Assembly (NCBI GenBank): GCA_951406725.2
Contig: OX597818.1
Location: 115,134,001 to 115,198,000, forward strand
Direction of reading: 5' to 3'
Source: Octopus vulgaris
Lineage: Eukaryota
DNA: 64,000 bases
A program made the position numbers and the translations under genes. A model generated the notes under the pieces. It saw only the letters and a program-made list of their open reading frames with translations. It made no database searches and was not told the origin of the DNA. The stretch's first letter is position 1. Every line of letters begins with the position of its first letter. This document shows positions 1 to 14,116 of the stretch, in pieces.

Positions 1-117
1 TTTGTGTGATGATGTTTCCTTGAATATGAGTGATAAGAGTGGTGTTTGTGTTTGGTTGCTTTTGGAAGAAACAACATTAGCATTTCCCCAATGAAGAATG
101 CTTTTGGTGGGGTATAT

Positions 118-157
<40 letters not shown>

Positions 158-221
158 ATGTATGTATGTATGTATGTATGTGTGTCGCTTCTATTTTTCA
201 TTATTATAAATCTTCTTCTGC

Positions 222-570
222 GGAGGGAGCCGGTTTCCAATAAAGATACAAGGCTCCATCTTTGGGATGTAGTTAACTCACACAAATTCACATTTGGAAC
301 TTGAGAAAAGTCTTGCATATCTTTACTGTTCCACTCACAGATTGCACGTGTAATGTATGAATTAGTCAGTTGGTTCCTCTTTCTAAAAATCCCAGTTTAT
401 CCAGATTCTCATTTAAGCATTTATTAACAGAACCTAGTGCTCCAATTATTTTTAGTATGAATATGAATTCATAGTCTGGATATAGAAACTGGAGATTTCA
501 AAGCAGCTGTTCATAAATATCCTGTTTTTCTTTGATTTTCAAAGAGTTATTTATATCTGCAAGGCAACCA
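222..570 (-). mobile_element. 3' end of an RLE-type non-LTR retrotransposon (R4/Dong/NeSL-like), decayed
   Basis: Minus strand reads ...[50 protein letters not shown]...LHVQSVSGTVKICKTFLKFQM*, the typical restriction-like endonuclease C-terminus (IIGALG). Contains in-frame stops. Confidence 0.65.
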
Positions 571-573
571 ACC

Positions 574-574
<1 letters not shown>

Positions 575-672
<98 letters not shown>

Positions 673-750
673 GTCTGTCTGTCTGTCTGTCTGTCATGTA
701 TGTATGTATGTATGTATGTATGCATGTATGTATGTATGTATGTATGCATG
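575..750. repeat. Compound microsatellite (CTAT)n-(CTGT)n-(TATG)n
   Basis: Directly visible. Confidence 0.95.
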
Positions 751-1119
751 TCTATGTCATTAAAGCATCTACTTCCTAAATGAGTGCTTTCAGTTTCAAT
801 CTCACTTCAGAGCACCTGCGACAAGTGTTTTCCATTTTAGCCACAAGCTTATCAAAGCCACATGTGAATGCACGTTTGCATATATACATATGTACGTTTG
901 TACATATTGATGTATTGTTCATGTTGATGTGTGTGTTTACATTTGCTTATACAAAAGCTGTAGGCTATGAGAAGCATCATTCACTTTCTTCTCACCTTCA
1001 AAGTTTCTAAGTTCTACATATATATTCTTTTATTCTTTCACTTGTGGCCATGCTGGAGTACCACCTTTACTTGAACCAGAACTTGTTCTCTGTAAGCCTA
1101 GTACTTATTCTTACGTTTA

Positions 1120-1525
1120 GCCCCACATGGGGCTAAACACTGAGGGGACAAACAAGGACAGACAAAGGGATTAAGTCGATTACATCGACCCCAGTGTGTA
1201 ATGGTACTTAATTTATCGACCACGAAAGGATGAAAGGCAAAGTTGACCTTGGGGGAATATGAACTCAGAACATAGCGGCAGACAAAATACCTATTTCTTT
1301 ACTACCCACAAGGGGCTAAACACAGAGAGGACAAACATGGACAGACAAAGGGATTATGTCGATTATATCAACCCCAGTGCATAACTGGTAATTATTTAAT
1401 TGACCCCGAAAGGATGAAAGGCAAAGTCGACCTTGGCAAAATTTGAACTCAGAATGTAGCAGCAGACGAAATACTGCTAAGCATTTCGCCCGACGTTCTA
1501 ACGATTCTTCCAGCTCCCCACCTTG
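1120..1525 (-). mobile_element. tRNA-derived SINE family A (GGCGGCGAGCTGGCAGAA head), dimeric body, CpG-decayed
   Basis: Matches the copies at 26637, 39950 and 61716, with many CG->TG/CA changes. Confidence 0.85.
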
Positions 1526-1927
1526 TTACCACACAGCTACTCCTGCGCCTGTATATATATATATATAAATAAGAAAAAGAGATGACATTGGAAAAACAAT
1601 GGTTATGTCAATAACTTCACTGGCTTGCAGCTGTTTCTGCTATAAGTTGCAGTGTTCTCTTACTTGAGTGCCTGAATAACATCTTGGAACTTCAAATATG
1701 CAGTGCAATTTATTTGGTGGAAATGAATTACAATTTTGCAGTATACTTACTTAAAAAGAAGTAAAGACTTGTGACAGGAAGGGTGTCTAATTGTAGGACA
1801 ATACTTCATTATACATCTCACCCATACTCACATCACACACACACACACACACACACATGCCCAAACTTATTCTCTGTAAGACTAGTACACTCTAACACAC
1901 ACATGTACATATGTATAAATTATATGT

Positions 1928-2125
<198 letters not shown>

Positions 2126-2778
2126 GTATATGTGTGTGTGTGTGTAATTTTTATATGTGTGTATATGTAAAAACATGTATTTGCATGTATGAATATATGA
2201 ACACGTGTATGTGTGTATATATCATCATCATCATCATAATTTAACATCCGTGACTGAAACAAATAAAAGAATATATATATGTGTGTGTGTGTGTATGTTT
2301 ATATATATGTGTATATATATGCATATATATGCATATGTATGTGTGTTTCTATGTGTGTATATACGTGTGTGTAGGAGTGAGTTTTTTTTCCCTTTTTCCG
2401 TCAGCACATGTGTTTGCTCATTATAAAACAATGCCTTCCCTGTTCTTGTGGGCAGTGTCATTTAATCGTTGTCCACTTTGTGAAGTATTCTTCGGTTTCA
2501 TGGCATGTATGATCTTTCTAATTAAAACACCCATTCCGAATTATTTCCTTTCCACCTCCCTGCATGAGCATGACTGGACTGCACTGGACAGTTTAGTTGT
2601 TCGATAGACTGGAAAATTATTGTCTCGCTTGGAAACATGTGTGGATTGGTGTCAGGAAGAATATCCAGCTGTAGAGCATTGTCCCCTAAAGTACTCTAAT
2701 CAGAAACAGGCCAGCATGTAAAGTAGACATTTAAACAATGATAATGACAGCCACATTTAAAATCATATGTGTGTGCGC

Positions 2779-2856
<78 letters not shown>

Positions 2857-2857
2857 G

Positions 2858-3420
2858 TCTTTACTCTTTTACTTGCTTCAGTCATTTGACTGTGGCTATA
2901 CTGGAGCACGACCTTTAGTCAAGCAAATCGATCCCCGGACTTATTCTTTGGATGCCTAGTACTTATCCTATCGGTCTCTTTTGCTAAACTGATAAGTTAC
3001 AGGGATGTAAACACACCACCATCGGTTGTCAGGCGATGTTGGTGGGACAAACACAGACACAAAAACATATAGCCACACACGTAAAAAGCACCCACTACAC
3101 TCACGGAGTGGTTGGCGTTAGGAAGGGCATCCAGCCGTAGAAACACTGCCAGATCTGACTGGGCCTGATGAAGCCTTCCAGCTTCACAGACCCCAGTTGA
3201 ACCGTCCAACCCATGCTAGCATGGAGAACGGACGCTAATGATGATGATGATGATGATGATGATGATATATATATACGACGGGTTTCTTTCAGTTTCTGTC
3301 TACCAAATCCACTCACAAGGCTTTGGTTGGCCCGAGGCTATAGTAGAAGGTGCCACGCAGTGGGACTGAACCTGGAAAACCATGTGGTTGATAAGCAAGC
3401 AACTTACCACACAGCCAAAC
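2858..3420 (-). mobile_element. SINE family B with a nested RTE-tail-type short element (about 3080-3265, ending in (GAT)n)
   Basis: Reverse complement of the 4723-5130 element, interrupted by the cccactacactcacggagtgg...aacggacg(atg)n module also seen at 5700 and 18955. Confidence 0.75.
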
Positions 3421-3479
3421 ACGCATACACACATACATATATGTATGTGTACATATGTACAATATGTAAACAATAGACT

Positions 3480-4330
3480 CCTTCAAACACTAGGAGGATC
3501 ATTAAAAGTAGTAGATAGCTTCTGTTACTAGGCAACCAAGTTAGCAGTGGGGGAGGAAGTTCTCAAAGTGTAGTTGCTAGAATGGGCTGTGCAAAGTTCA
3601 GAGAGCTTCGGCATTTGTTTAGATAACGAAGAATCTGTACCTTAGAGTGAAAGGCAGATTGTGGAAAGTTATGTTGCATAACTGTGAAGCATAGGCTTTT
3701 GGTACAAGAGACTTGTGAAGGCTTGCAAGAAATGAAGCTAACATGCACCACTGGATGGGTAATATCAGTGTGCATGCAAGACAGAGCATATAGGATTTAA
3801 GAAGAAAACTGTGTATAAGAGGCAAGAGAGAGGAGACTTCACTGGTTTGGTCATGTGATGCGTATGGATGAGGACAGCTGCATAAAGATGTGCCCAGCTC
3901 TAATTGTGCAAGGAACCTGTGGAAGAGGTAAACCCAGAAACATGTGGGATGAATGGGTGAGAAAGGATCTTTGGATGCTGGGCCTCACTGTGGAAATGAT
4001 AAGGGACTGGGAGTTGTGGTGATTTGCTTTACTTGAGATGTGCCCAGCTAAATAAAATTGCTGTCATCCATCCATACATACAGGCTTGTCCTTTACAAGT
4101 GCAAGAGCCGCATAAAATGCACTTGTGCCGGTGCTAGATGAATGTGGTATGTAAAAAGTACCCAGCACACTCTCTAAAGTGGTTGGTATCAGAAAGGGCA
4201 TCCAGCTGTAGAAACCACGCTACAATACACATTTGCTGGCTGGCCAGCTCCATGTCAAACTGTCTAACCCATACCAGCATGGAAAATAAGCATTACATGA
4301 GGATGTTGGTGATGATAATGATGATGTACA
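3480..4330 (+). mobile_element. Decayed 3' end of an RTE-clade LINE
   Basis: RRLHWFGHVMRMDEDSCIKMC...GTCGRGKPRNMWDEWVRKDL (the L.W.GHV.R / RG.P..W motif), followed by a 3' UTR ending in a (GAT)n tail. Confidence 0.75.
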
Positions 4331-4344
4331 TGCATGTATTACAG

Positions 4345-4387
<43 letters not shown>

Positions 4388-4445
4388 CATACATACATAC
4401 ATACATATGTATATATATGTATATACATATATATATATATATATA

Positions 4446-4642
4446 CTCGCAGTTGTCGGGTGGTACCCGCGCGAGCGGAAAAGACCACCCGGAAGACCTC
4501 CACGGTGATGGAGTTACGATTTCAGGAGGACGATTGGGATCACGTAGATGAGAAAGGCGCAATCCAGAGAGGAGTGGACAGCGTGCTGTGACCAGCAGTG
4601 TCAAATGGACGCCTGACGGACTGGTCGATCAAGGTGATCAAG

Positions 4643-4646
<4 letters not shown>
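4446..4646 (+). mobile_element. Short RTE-like LINE 3' fragment inserted in (TA)n
   Basis: AVVGWYPRERKRPPGRPPR*W motif; tail gatcaaggt repeated twice. Confidence 0.55.
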
Positions 4647-4696
<50 letters not shown>

Positions 4697-4722
4697 AGTA
4701 TGTATGTGTATATAATTATGAC

Positions 4723-5130
4723 AGGCACAGGAGTGGCTGTGTGGTAAGTAGCTTGTTTACCAACCACATGGTTCCGGGTTCAGTCCCACTGCGTGGCACT
4801 TTGGGCAAGTACCTTCTACTACAGCCTCGGGCTGACCAAAGCCTTGTGAGTGGATTTGGTAGACGGAAACTGAAAGAAGCCCGTCGTATATATATATATA
4901 TATGTTTGTGTATGTGTGTGTGTGTGTGAGTGTTTGTTCCCCCACCATCACTTCACAACCAATGATGGTGTGTTTACATCCCCGTAACTTAATAGTTCCT
5001 CAAAAACAGACTGATAGAATAAGTACTAGGCTTACAAGGAATAAGTCCCGCGGTTGATTTGTTTGTCTAAAGAAGCAGTGCTCCAGCAAGGCCGCAGTCA
5101 AATGACTGAAACACATAAGAGAATAAAAAG
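4723..5130 (+). mobile_element. SINE family B, near full length
   Basis: tRNA-like head (gtggctgtgtggtaag...ggttcagtcc), ttgggcaagt core, internal (TA)/(TG) tract and gactgaaac...taaaag tail. Further copies near 6430, 6762, 12240, 14800, 21205, 21865, 25660, 34265, 35605 and 43600. Confidence 0.85.
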
Positions 5131-6540
5131 AATATATATATTTATACATGTATATAGGAGAGTATTGTAGTTTACTTGAAGCATTGTGTATTGTTTGTGA
5201 AATATAACATGTTTTGAATGCCACAACAATATAATAATAACAACTGTTATAATTTAATTATAGTTGTGACAGTATTTGGTACAAAGCCACAGGAATTTAA
5301 GTTTTGGGGCATTTCTTCTTTTGGTCAACATAATGGTGGTTGCATTGTCAATTGCTGCGGTTGTTCTTTGGTGTGTAATTTCTGTGGTTGGCGTGATGCT
5401 GGATATTATTTCAGAATTTGTGTATGTGCTCATGGACTTGGTGGGGTAGATAGTGTATGATTTTTCTAATGACAAATGTATGTATGTATTTCAGTAATTG
5501 TTGAAGGGTAAGGCTGTGGAAGCACGTGGATGAATGTATGTTCCTGATTGTTTGGGGACTTATGTTGTTTTTAGGCAGCATTTAAGAAAGTTTATTTGGC
5601 ATCCGATTTGAGCCCATTTCTCCAATAGCTTGATTATTGAGCAAAAAAAATAAAAATAAAAATGACCATCCCAAAATGCAACTATATACATATCTATCAT
5701 CATCATCATTGTTCAACGTCCGCTTTCCATGCTGGCATGGGTTGGACAGTTCAACTGAGGTCTGGAGAGCCAACAGCTGCACCAGGCTCCAATCTGATCC
5801 GGCAATGTTTCTACAGCTGGATGGCCTTCCTAATGCCAACCATTCTGAAAGTGTAGTGGGTGCTTTTTACATGCCACCGGCACAGGAGCCTGCCAAGCAG
5901 CCCTGGCATCAATCATGTTCAGATAGTGCTTTTTACATGCTACCCCCATGGGAGCCAGTCGGGGGGTGGGGGGAGTACTGGCATCGGTCACGTTTGGATG
6001 ATGCTTTCACATGCCATGTTTATGTTTATTGGTAATTAAACTTAATTGGCAACACCTGTGTGTATTTATCAGCTTTGTTTTTGTTGATAATTCTTATCAA
6101 CAGCTTTTCCTGTGATCATGATTTGAGAAGGCATGCAGCAGTATGCTAAAGATCGGACATAATCCCTGGTGGGCAAGAAATGTGAAATAAAGTTTATTAT
6201 AAACAACTTAAACACTTTGTAATTTAATAGCTATTAATGTGATACCTTTTAAAAAGAAATTATTTTTAATGAAAATTTAATAAGATCTAATCATAAGTGA
6301 AATTATGCTAAATATAATTAAATTGAAAACTTTTTCCCCGCTGGCCATATTGGCAATTCTGAAAACTTTTGGGTACAAATTTTACAGGAGTAGAAGTTTT
6401 TTTTAACAAATTTTATTGTGAAAATCACCTATCGGTTTCCTTTGCTGAATCACTAAGTTATGAGGATGTAAACACACCAACATCAGTTATCAGGCAAGTG
6501 TGGGGTGGTGGAACAAACACACACATACATACACACACAC

Positions 6541-6575
<35 letters not shown>

Positions 6576-7133
6576 TGTACATATCTGTATGTTGTGTATA
6601 AAATTCTGTTTATAATATATCATTACCATCATGATGATGACTTGTATTCATTCACACACACGTGTGTGTGTATATATGTATATATATATATATATACAGA
6701 GAGAGAGAGGGGGAAAGGGAAAGAGAGAGAGACAAAGAAAAAGATGCGCGTGTGTGTGTGTGGAGGTGTGGCTGTGTCGTAAGCAGTTTCCTTCCTAACC
6801 ACATGGTTTCTGGTTGTCCCACTGTGTGACATCCTGACGAAGTGTCTTCTACTTGTGAGTGAATTTGGTAGACGGAAACTGAAAGAAGCCTGTTACATAT
6901 ATATACATGCACGTGCGTACTTATGTATGTAAGTGTGTGTGTATTTGTGTCTTTCTTTGTGTTTGTGTTTCTCACCACAGAAACACGAAATTCTGTCGAA
7001 AGTGTTTTTATTGATCGACGAAATACAATAAACAGAAATCACACAATACACCTCTTAAAAAGAAGTATTTTCAGTGTTTCTTAAGAGAAAACATGAATTC
7101 TCTCATCAGCAATTTTTGTCAATAAATATGTTG

Positions 7134-7310
7134 TCTTACTTCCTTTCAGTATATAGTATCGTAACACGACCTTCGTCACGTTCGCTCCATTTTGCACCGA
7201 AGAAATGCTTTCGTTTTTTCGAGGCCGTAGAATATGCAGGGGAGCAAACCTAAGGGCTGTCTCTGACGGCACACGCTCTAGTTTAAAAAAAAAAAAAATA
7301 GGGGCGGAAA
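7134..7310 (-). promoter_or_regulatory. Candidate CpG-rich promoter / non-coding first exon of a minus-strand gene
   Basis: CpG-dense non-repeat patch with GGGGCGG at about 7301 and a YY1-like AAAATGG. Minus-strand donor GAA|GTAAGA at 7139-7134. Lies at the edge of a CpG-decayed zone. Confidence 0.35.
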
Positions 7311-8160
7311 CCTGGCTCTCCGTCGGTTATGACGACGGGGGTTCAACGGGACAGCTTGCTCGTGAAATTAACGTACAAGTGACTGAGCGCTCGACAAAAA
7401 TATGTATCCTTAACATGATTCTGAGGGCTGTTCAGTGTAACACGGAATGTGACGAGGCTGGTCCTTTGGAATACAGGTGTAACTCACTTCTACTAGTCGA
7501 GATGCAGTTTGATCCAGTGTTACTACTAGCTGACCCTGTGCCGTCAAAAAATGACGGCTAATTGTAGTATTTTATATATAAATAAGGTATAAAATAAGGT
7601 ACAGAATCAATTTCTTTATTATCCATAAGGATGAACACAGATGGGGTAAGGTACAGAATCACTGATACAAACACTCACATACTTCCCTAGTACGTGCACA
7701 CACATACACACATATACTCACACAAAGTTGATTGCTGTTTGATTATTCTATCCAACATTGAACGGTCACCATCCCATTTCCATTGCGCGCACACACATTC
7801 ACATACCTCCCTTTTACATACACAGACATATACTTACACAGAGTTGAGACGCTGATTTTTTTCACTCCTTCCTTCGATAGTCATCTATCACCCCTTCCTT
7901 TCTCATTACTATGTTTTGACGGAGAAAAATAGAAGATACACGACGCGCTCTTTGCCACTTCCTTTCTCTCATTGCTATTACTTTCTCTCGTTCTCTCTCA
8001 GCCAGGGCTATTACTCTCACTACTTCTCCTTCACTGAATTACTATTTTCTCTCGCATTTCGCCTGTTATAAAGTTCTCGCTCGCTTCCGTTGTGTAAAGT
8101 AGCACTTGGAAGTAAAGTGTGTAGAGTGTGGTCGTCTCTAAAGATTGGGTTTCAGCTGCG

Positions 8161-8520
8161 CCGGATCTCCTTAATTCTGTCGAGGAAGACGAAAATCTTT
8201 TGAAAACGTTCATGACAGCTGACGAATTACGGGTTTATGGCTATGACCCCGAAACCAAGGTTCAGCCTTCTCAGTTGAAAATCCCCAACAAAATTTCAAG
8301 ATGTTGAGGAAATTGAAGAGAATGCAAAGAGGCAGCTGCTTGCTATCCCAAAATAAGAAGTTCCATTTCCAGAGATGCTTTCATCAATGGAAACGACACT
8401 GGGATAAAGTGTGTAACTTCAGAAGGGGTCTACTTCGAAGGACATTAAACGCCAAATTGATGTGTGCTTTAGTCTTCTTTATATAGCCCCAATCCCAGCA
8501 CTTTCTGATCAGACCTCGTA
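8161..8520 (+). mobile_element. Internally deleted mariner transposon remnant
   Basis: DLLNSVEEDENLLKTFMTADELRVYGYDPETKVQPSQ (TGDETWVYGYDPETK-like) joined to FQDVEEIEENAKRQL...FQRCFHQWKRHWDK...EGVYFEGH*. Ends in a TIR-like ctttctgatcagacctcgta. Confidence 0.8.
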
Positions 8521-8936
8521 AATATTTTGAAAATTTACTTCGGTGAATACAGCAGTCATCCTTGAAGATGTTTTGTTGAGCTGTCAACAACAGAGATTCG
8601 GAACGTAATGTTCTGCTCTACTTACTGCTTGTGTTCAGTATTTTATAGACGTAATCAGAATACAGTGTCTTAGTGTCACGATGTTTTGATATTTGTCAAC
8701 ACATACCAAAGCAAAGGATAAAATTTAAATCGTTTACCATAAAAATTTTATAGACTATATTTATAACGATCGTGTTTAACGATATTTTGCAGCGAATAAA
8801 GAAGAACGTTATTACTTGTTACTGAGATCGCCTTTATTATCGTCGTTACAATGTAAAAAAAAGATATTATTATAGAGATTATTTGTTATTCTGCTATCTA
8901 TTGTGAAGATAGCAAATTCATATGTGAGTAACTACT

Positions 8937-8979
<43 letters not shown>

Positions 8980-8983
<4 letters not shown>

Positions 8984-9297
8984 CATGGCGCAGTGGTTGG
9001 AGCGTCAGACTTACGATCGTGAGGTTGTGAGTTCGATTCCCAGACCGGGCTGCGTGTCGTGTTCTTGAGCAAGACATTTTTATTTCACGTTGCTCCTGTT
9101 CACTCAGCTGTAGAAATGAGTTGCGACATCACTGATGCCAAGCTGTATCGGCCCCTTTGCCGTGGCGTGAAGAGGGGAGGCTGGTATACATGGGCGACTG
9201 CTGGCCTTCCATAAACAACCTTGCCCGGACTTGTGCCTCGGAGGGTAACTTTCTAAGTGCAATCCCATCGCTATTCATGACCGAAGGGGGTCTCCCC
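8980..9297 (+). mobile_element. tRNA-derived SINE family D after an (AG)n tract
   Basis: A box (tggcgcagtgg), B box (gttcgattcc) and ttgagcaagaca core. Confidence 0.75.
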
Positions 9298-9629
9298 ATT
9301 ACAATGTAAAAAAAGGATTTCCTCTATGTATGACACGAAAAGGGTTAAGAGGTCAGTTTAACTCTCTTAAATTTCCTGATGCAACAGGCGAGAACAATAA
9401 TAAGAAAACCCGTAGGAAGATGTAGATTCGGTTTCGAATCCCGGCTTGAAAATTTGAAAGCTATTCCTTACAGGTTCATTACCAGATGTCCATACTGTCA
9501 TATTGTCCATATTGTCCATATTGTCAAAAGTAGTTGATTCAATGATATTGATTTAATGCGGTGACCAACGGAATAGTGGAGATTCCTGAATCACATTCAT
9601 TTCACCACCATTTTTGGTACGTGAAATAT

Positions 9630-9847
9630 ATTTCTTTACTGTCCACAAGGGGCTAAACATAGAGGGGACAAACAAGGACAGACAAAGGGATTAAGTCGAT
9701 TACATCGACGCCGGTGCGAAAGTGGTACTTTATTATCGACCCCGAAAGGATGAAAGGCAAAGTCGACCTCGAACTCAGAACGTAACGACAAACGAAATAC
9801 CGCTAAGCATTTCGCCCGGCGTGCTAACGTTTCTGCCAGCTCGCCGT
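9630..9847 (-). mobile_element. SINE family A with a 19-bp target-site duplication
   Basis: tttttggtacgtgaaatat (9611-9629) and tttttggtacgtggaatat (9848-9866) flank the element. Confidence 0.9.
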
Positions 9848-10264
9848 TTTTTGGTACGTGGAATATTCAAAGATTAGAGCAAGCCAAGTTCTGTTGAAGC
9901 TAATTTTTATTTTCTTTCTATTTATTTATTCATGTTATTCTGATCATTATGTTGAACAAAGCTGCATTTAGCGTTAGTCTGGTAAGTCGCCTAAGCTCCG
10001 GCAGAATCGCCAGCACATCGGATTTAAAATGCTAGTGACATTTCTGATGATTCTTTATATTCTGAGTTCATAATCTGCCGAGGTCAACCTCGTCGTCCAT
10101 CCAATCAGAGTCGATAAAACAAAGTGCTAAAGAAGAACTGGTCACTGTAATAGATTTGCCTTCTCATTTCAAATTTATTGGCCCTGGGCCGAGGATATAA
10201 AAATGACCTGAGCGTTTGAGACTCAGTAATATTGATATCTGCGATTATTATAAATGGGTTCCAC

Positions 10265-10307
<43 letters not shown>

Positions 10308-10450
10308 CATTGATATAATAACGCGCTTTTATTTTCCTAACTTAAAAATGACATTCCTGTTTTTCAGAAAAACAGTCGTGTTTATGTCCTAACCTGACAC
10401 GATTAGTGATACATTAGTGATTCGAATGATTAATGGTATATGTGAAAGAT

Positions 10451-10545
10451 ACAGCACACCTTAACATTACCTGAAATTAAACATACACACCCACATAGAC
10501 AACGGTGTGTGTGTTTCATTTTAGGTAATGTTAAGGTGTGCTCTG
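10451..10545. repeat. Short inverted repeat / MITE-like hairpin
   Basis: agcacaccttaacattacctgaaat...cacacc pairs with ggtgtg...attttaggtaatgttaaggtgtgct. Confidence 0.6.
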
Positions 10546-11012
10546 TTTATTGTATTTTCAAACCTTGGCAAATTTTGTATGTAAGAAATGAGGTGGTATA
10601 TTTATAATCTTCCGTGTAGTAATACTTCAAACTGCTCAACAATTGAGTAAAGAGAGTGTTTAAAGTCCGGAATGTCTTCGTAGTTTCACCCATTTGTCTC
10701 CGATAAGTTTTTGACAGTTTCCTTTTGTTGTGTTCTTTCTGTTCTGCCTTTGATTTATCCATGCAGCTTGTTGTTTACTTTGTATGTATGTATGTATGTA
10801 TGTATGTATGTATGTATGTATGTATGTATGTATGTATGAATGTATGTATGTATGTATGTATGTATGTATGTATGTATGTATGTGAGTGTATGTATGTGTG
10901 TGAGTGTATGTATGTATGTATGTATGTACGTATGTATGTAAGTATGTATGTATGTACGTACGTACGTATGTGTGTGTGTGTATATACCTATATCTATATA
11001 TATCCATGCATA

Positions 11013-11056
<44 letters not shown>

Positions 11057-11200
11057 CATTGTACGCGGTTGAAGAAGGCTGTTGACCTACATGTTATATC
11101 AGTTATGCATTGATATAAATTGCTCAATAAAGCCAGAAACATATGTACCGCAAAATCCTTTGCATCCTGTTTTTTCTTTTGATAAATATATACATACATA

Positions 11201-11258
<58 letters not shown>

Positions 11259-11599
11259 AACATACATACATACATATATATGCATACGTACATATGTACA
11301 TGTATAAATATATTTTCCTTAGTCCTCCGTGTGTGTGTTTATACTCGCAAGAAAGCCCGCGTTCACACACAGATACAGAGGAAAAGTTAAGGTGTTTCTC
11401 ACCCTACCTCTTTCTCCCTTTCTCTATTTCCCTCTCTCTGCTTCTCTGTCTCTTTATCTCTCTGTTTCTCTCTCTCCCTCCCTTTTCACAATAATTTTTC
11501 TGTCGCAGCGTTCTTCCATGAGAAAGAAAAACGGTTCTGACAAACAGCACGTTTGCAAAACATAACACTTGTACGCCCAACTCTAGAGAAAGCGCAACC

Positions 11600-11960
11600 G
11601 TAAAGTCCCCCCACATTCACACTGAACGGGTCAAGTAGGAAGGTCGTTCCTTAGATTAGTTGATAAGCATTTTACATTTGATCATAAGTATAGGAAAACA
11701 TGCAAGAAACATTACAGAGTTATGCGCCTACGATACAAAACATGTTAGTGAAGATCTCAAAGCCCCCAACTGGGACAGGATATTTCTGTAGGACTTACAA
11801 TGAGTGCCTAGTGAATAGTCAGTGTTCTACGAAGCAGAAACGGTGTCGTCTAAATAGAACGGAGCGATATGAAAAGAATAATAATGAGAAATACATCGGT
11901 GCAACGAAGGGAACTTTTAAGGCAAGATTGAATGATCACGTTAGGTACTGGCTGTAAATG
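11600..11960 (+). mobile_element. Penelope-like element remnant (linker plus GIY-YIG endonuclease region)
   Basis: VGRSFLRLVDKHFTFDHKYRK...SY...NMLVKISK...C....ECLVNSQCSTK...EKYIGATKGTFKARLNDH. Cys linker and YIGxT..FKxR..H motif; frameshifted. Confidence 0.7.
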
Positions 11961-12364
11961 TGATTTTATGGGACAGGGAGCTAGGAAAGGAAGGGGGAGA
12001 GAGAGAATGGATTATTTGATCGAAAGTTTACACAGGTAAAATCATAAATAGCATTTTCTCATAAAATGTTTTATTTTTATCAGTCAGCAATAAACAACTG
12101 GTACAAATCAGACGATATAAAAATTAATATGTACTCAGCATGTTTGCCAACAGACATATTTAACCTACTTTCACTCAACATTTACTATTGCCAAACAGTT
12201 TAATAGAGTTTGATCCACTATTCACATTAGATATCTTTTATCTTTTACTTCTTGCAGTCGTTAGATTGCGACCATGCTTGAGCACTGCCTTCAAGAACTA
12301 TAATCGAGCAAATTGACCCCAGTACCTATTTTTAAAAAGCTTGGTACTTATTCTATTGATCTAG

Positions 12365-12732
12365 AAGGTGATTCAAAAGTCTCCATACATAGGAAAAATT
12401 TATTTTTGTAAGAAACAGTTTATAAGATCCCCTAGATCCCCTGATCTTACTCCTCTTGATTTCTATCTTTGGGGGCATTTGAAAGGAATGGTGTATCGCG
12501 GAAAGATAAAAGACAAATTATTTGAAAGAGCGTACCACCAACTAATTTGCTCCCGTATCACCAGATATGCTATTACGAGTTCACAATGAGTTGGGTAAAC
12601 GTATTGCAATGTGTATTCGAAACAATGGTAACCATATAGAACCTGTTAAATAAAAAAAAGAAACTGTTCTCATAAACTGTTTCTTACAGAAAGATAAGTT
12701 GTTCCTTTGTATGGCGACTTTTGAATCACCCT
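12365..12732 (+). mobile_element. Tc1/mariner deletion derivative nested in a family B SINE
   Basis: About 60-bp TIRs (aaggtgattcaaaagtctccatac... / ...gtatggcgacttttgaatcaccct). Internal RSPDLTPLDFYLWGHLKGMVY transposase motif. Confidence 0.85.
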
Positions 12733-13099
12733 TTGGCTGACCTGAAGCTACAGTAAAAGACGCTTGCTTAAAATGTCATATGGCGGGATTGAACCTATAG
12801 CCTTGGGGTTGGAAAGAAAACTTCTTATCACACAGTCACACCTATGCCTATATGTGGTCATTTTTTCTAACAGAACCCAGAGCTATTCTAAGTAATAATT
12901 TAGACGTTGATTGGATTATATATCCATAATTTTTACCATTATCATTCCCTTCTTTGTCAGAAAGATTAGGGGTTAAAGAACTTTAATAAACGGGTGGGGT
13001 CGCATTTATGCTCATTACAATTTACGGGATTCGATCTAAAAGTCACAACCTGCCCGATATTCTTTGTAATCGGAGTATATTAGCTTGCCGTGGTCTGCA

Positions 13100-13270
13100 C
13101 GGTTTATGCCTCAACCTTAGCAAAGGCTTCATCGCTCCTGAAGAAGAAATCTCTTCCTGGACTCCGGCCAGTCGCGATCTTATAGGCCCGAGATAGCAGC
13201 TGAGATCATCACGCCATCTCGTCTTTGATCGGCCTCTTGACCTTGTTCGTTGTTTTGGTGTCCATCTGTT
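13100..13270 (-). mobile_element. RTE-like LINE 3' fragment
   Basis: RWTPKQRTRSRGRSKTRWRDDL motif. Confidence 0.55.
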
Positions 13271-13306
13271 GCGTGCCTGGGTATGTGTGTTTGTATGCAT
13301 GTCTGT

Positions 13307-13345
<39 letters not shown>

Positions 13346-14116
13346 CTATATATGTGTAGCCATATATCATTATGTAAGACTAGTAAAATATACTAAATAT
13401 ATATTTTATGCAGTGGAAACATCTGGTGTAGAACTCAATACGCGAAATAAACCGTGTCTGAAGCAAGATTGAGTAGGCATACACACATACACACAAATAT
13501 ATGCATATATACATGCACAAATACACACACACACAAATATACATGCAAACCAGCTCAGGTGCGGGGTTTGCAACATTGCAGCGTGTTGATGCATTCTTCA
13601 TTTGTCGGTATATTTCCGGGTCCTCCCGGGCGACCAGACAAGCAGAGTCCCATCCAGGCCCCATCTCCGCGAGATAACTCCTCATCTGCTGTGACCAAGT
13701 GGCATGTGGTGGGAAATCTCATAAATACAGACTGGCCCAAATGTTACTAGAGCATTTCAAAATATAACAATATGTTTATTAAACATTCGCATTTGTTCTT
13801 CTATAAGCAATAAATATACTTCTTACGAAATATGTTTAATTTGTTAAGAAAATTACATTCTTCAAATGGCCACCATTTTTTCTTGACTATTGAAAGCAAT
13901 TAATTGTAAAAAAAAAACGTGATTTTGGGGCCACCCTAAATATATACGTGTGTGTGTGTAGTGAGAGAGAGAATACACAAGCATGTATACAACGTGTACT
14001 ATAACAGATGTTTCTTATCTCTGAGGCCCCAAACTCTGAAGGGTAAACAAAAGTGGAGAGCATAATAGTTAGAAACCATTGATTATGACCCGCTTTCAAT
14101 TTTCCCTTTAAACCAG

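Noticed and set aside
3170-3195. CTGATGAAG resembling a hammerhead core
   Set aside because: Lies in an RTE-tail module whose other copies read tggtgcagc, and has no GAAAC/GUH partner.
5218-5475. Hydrophobic (+) and Thr-rich (-) reading frames
   Set aside because: GT-rich low-complexity sequence with no supported splice structure or motif.
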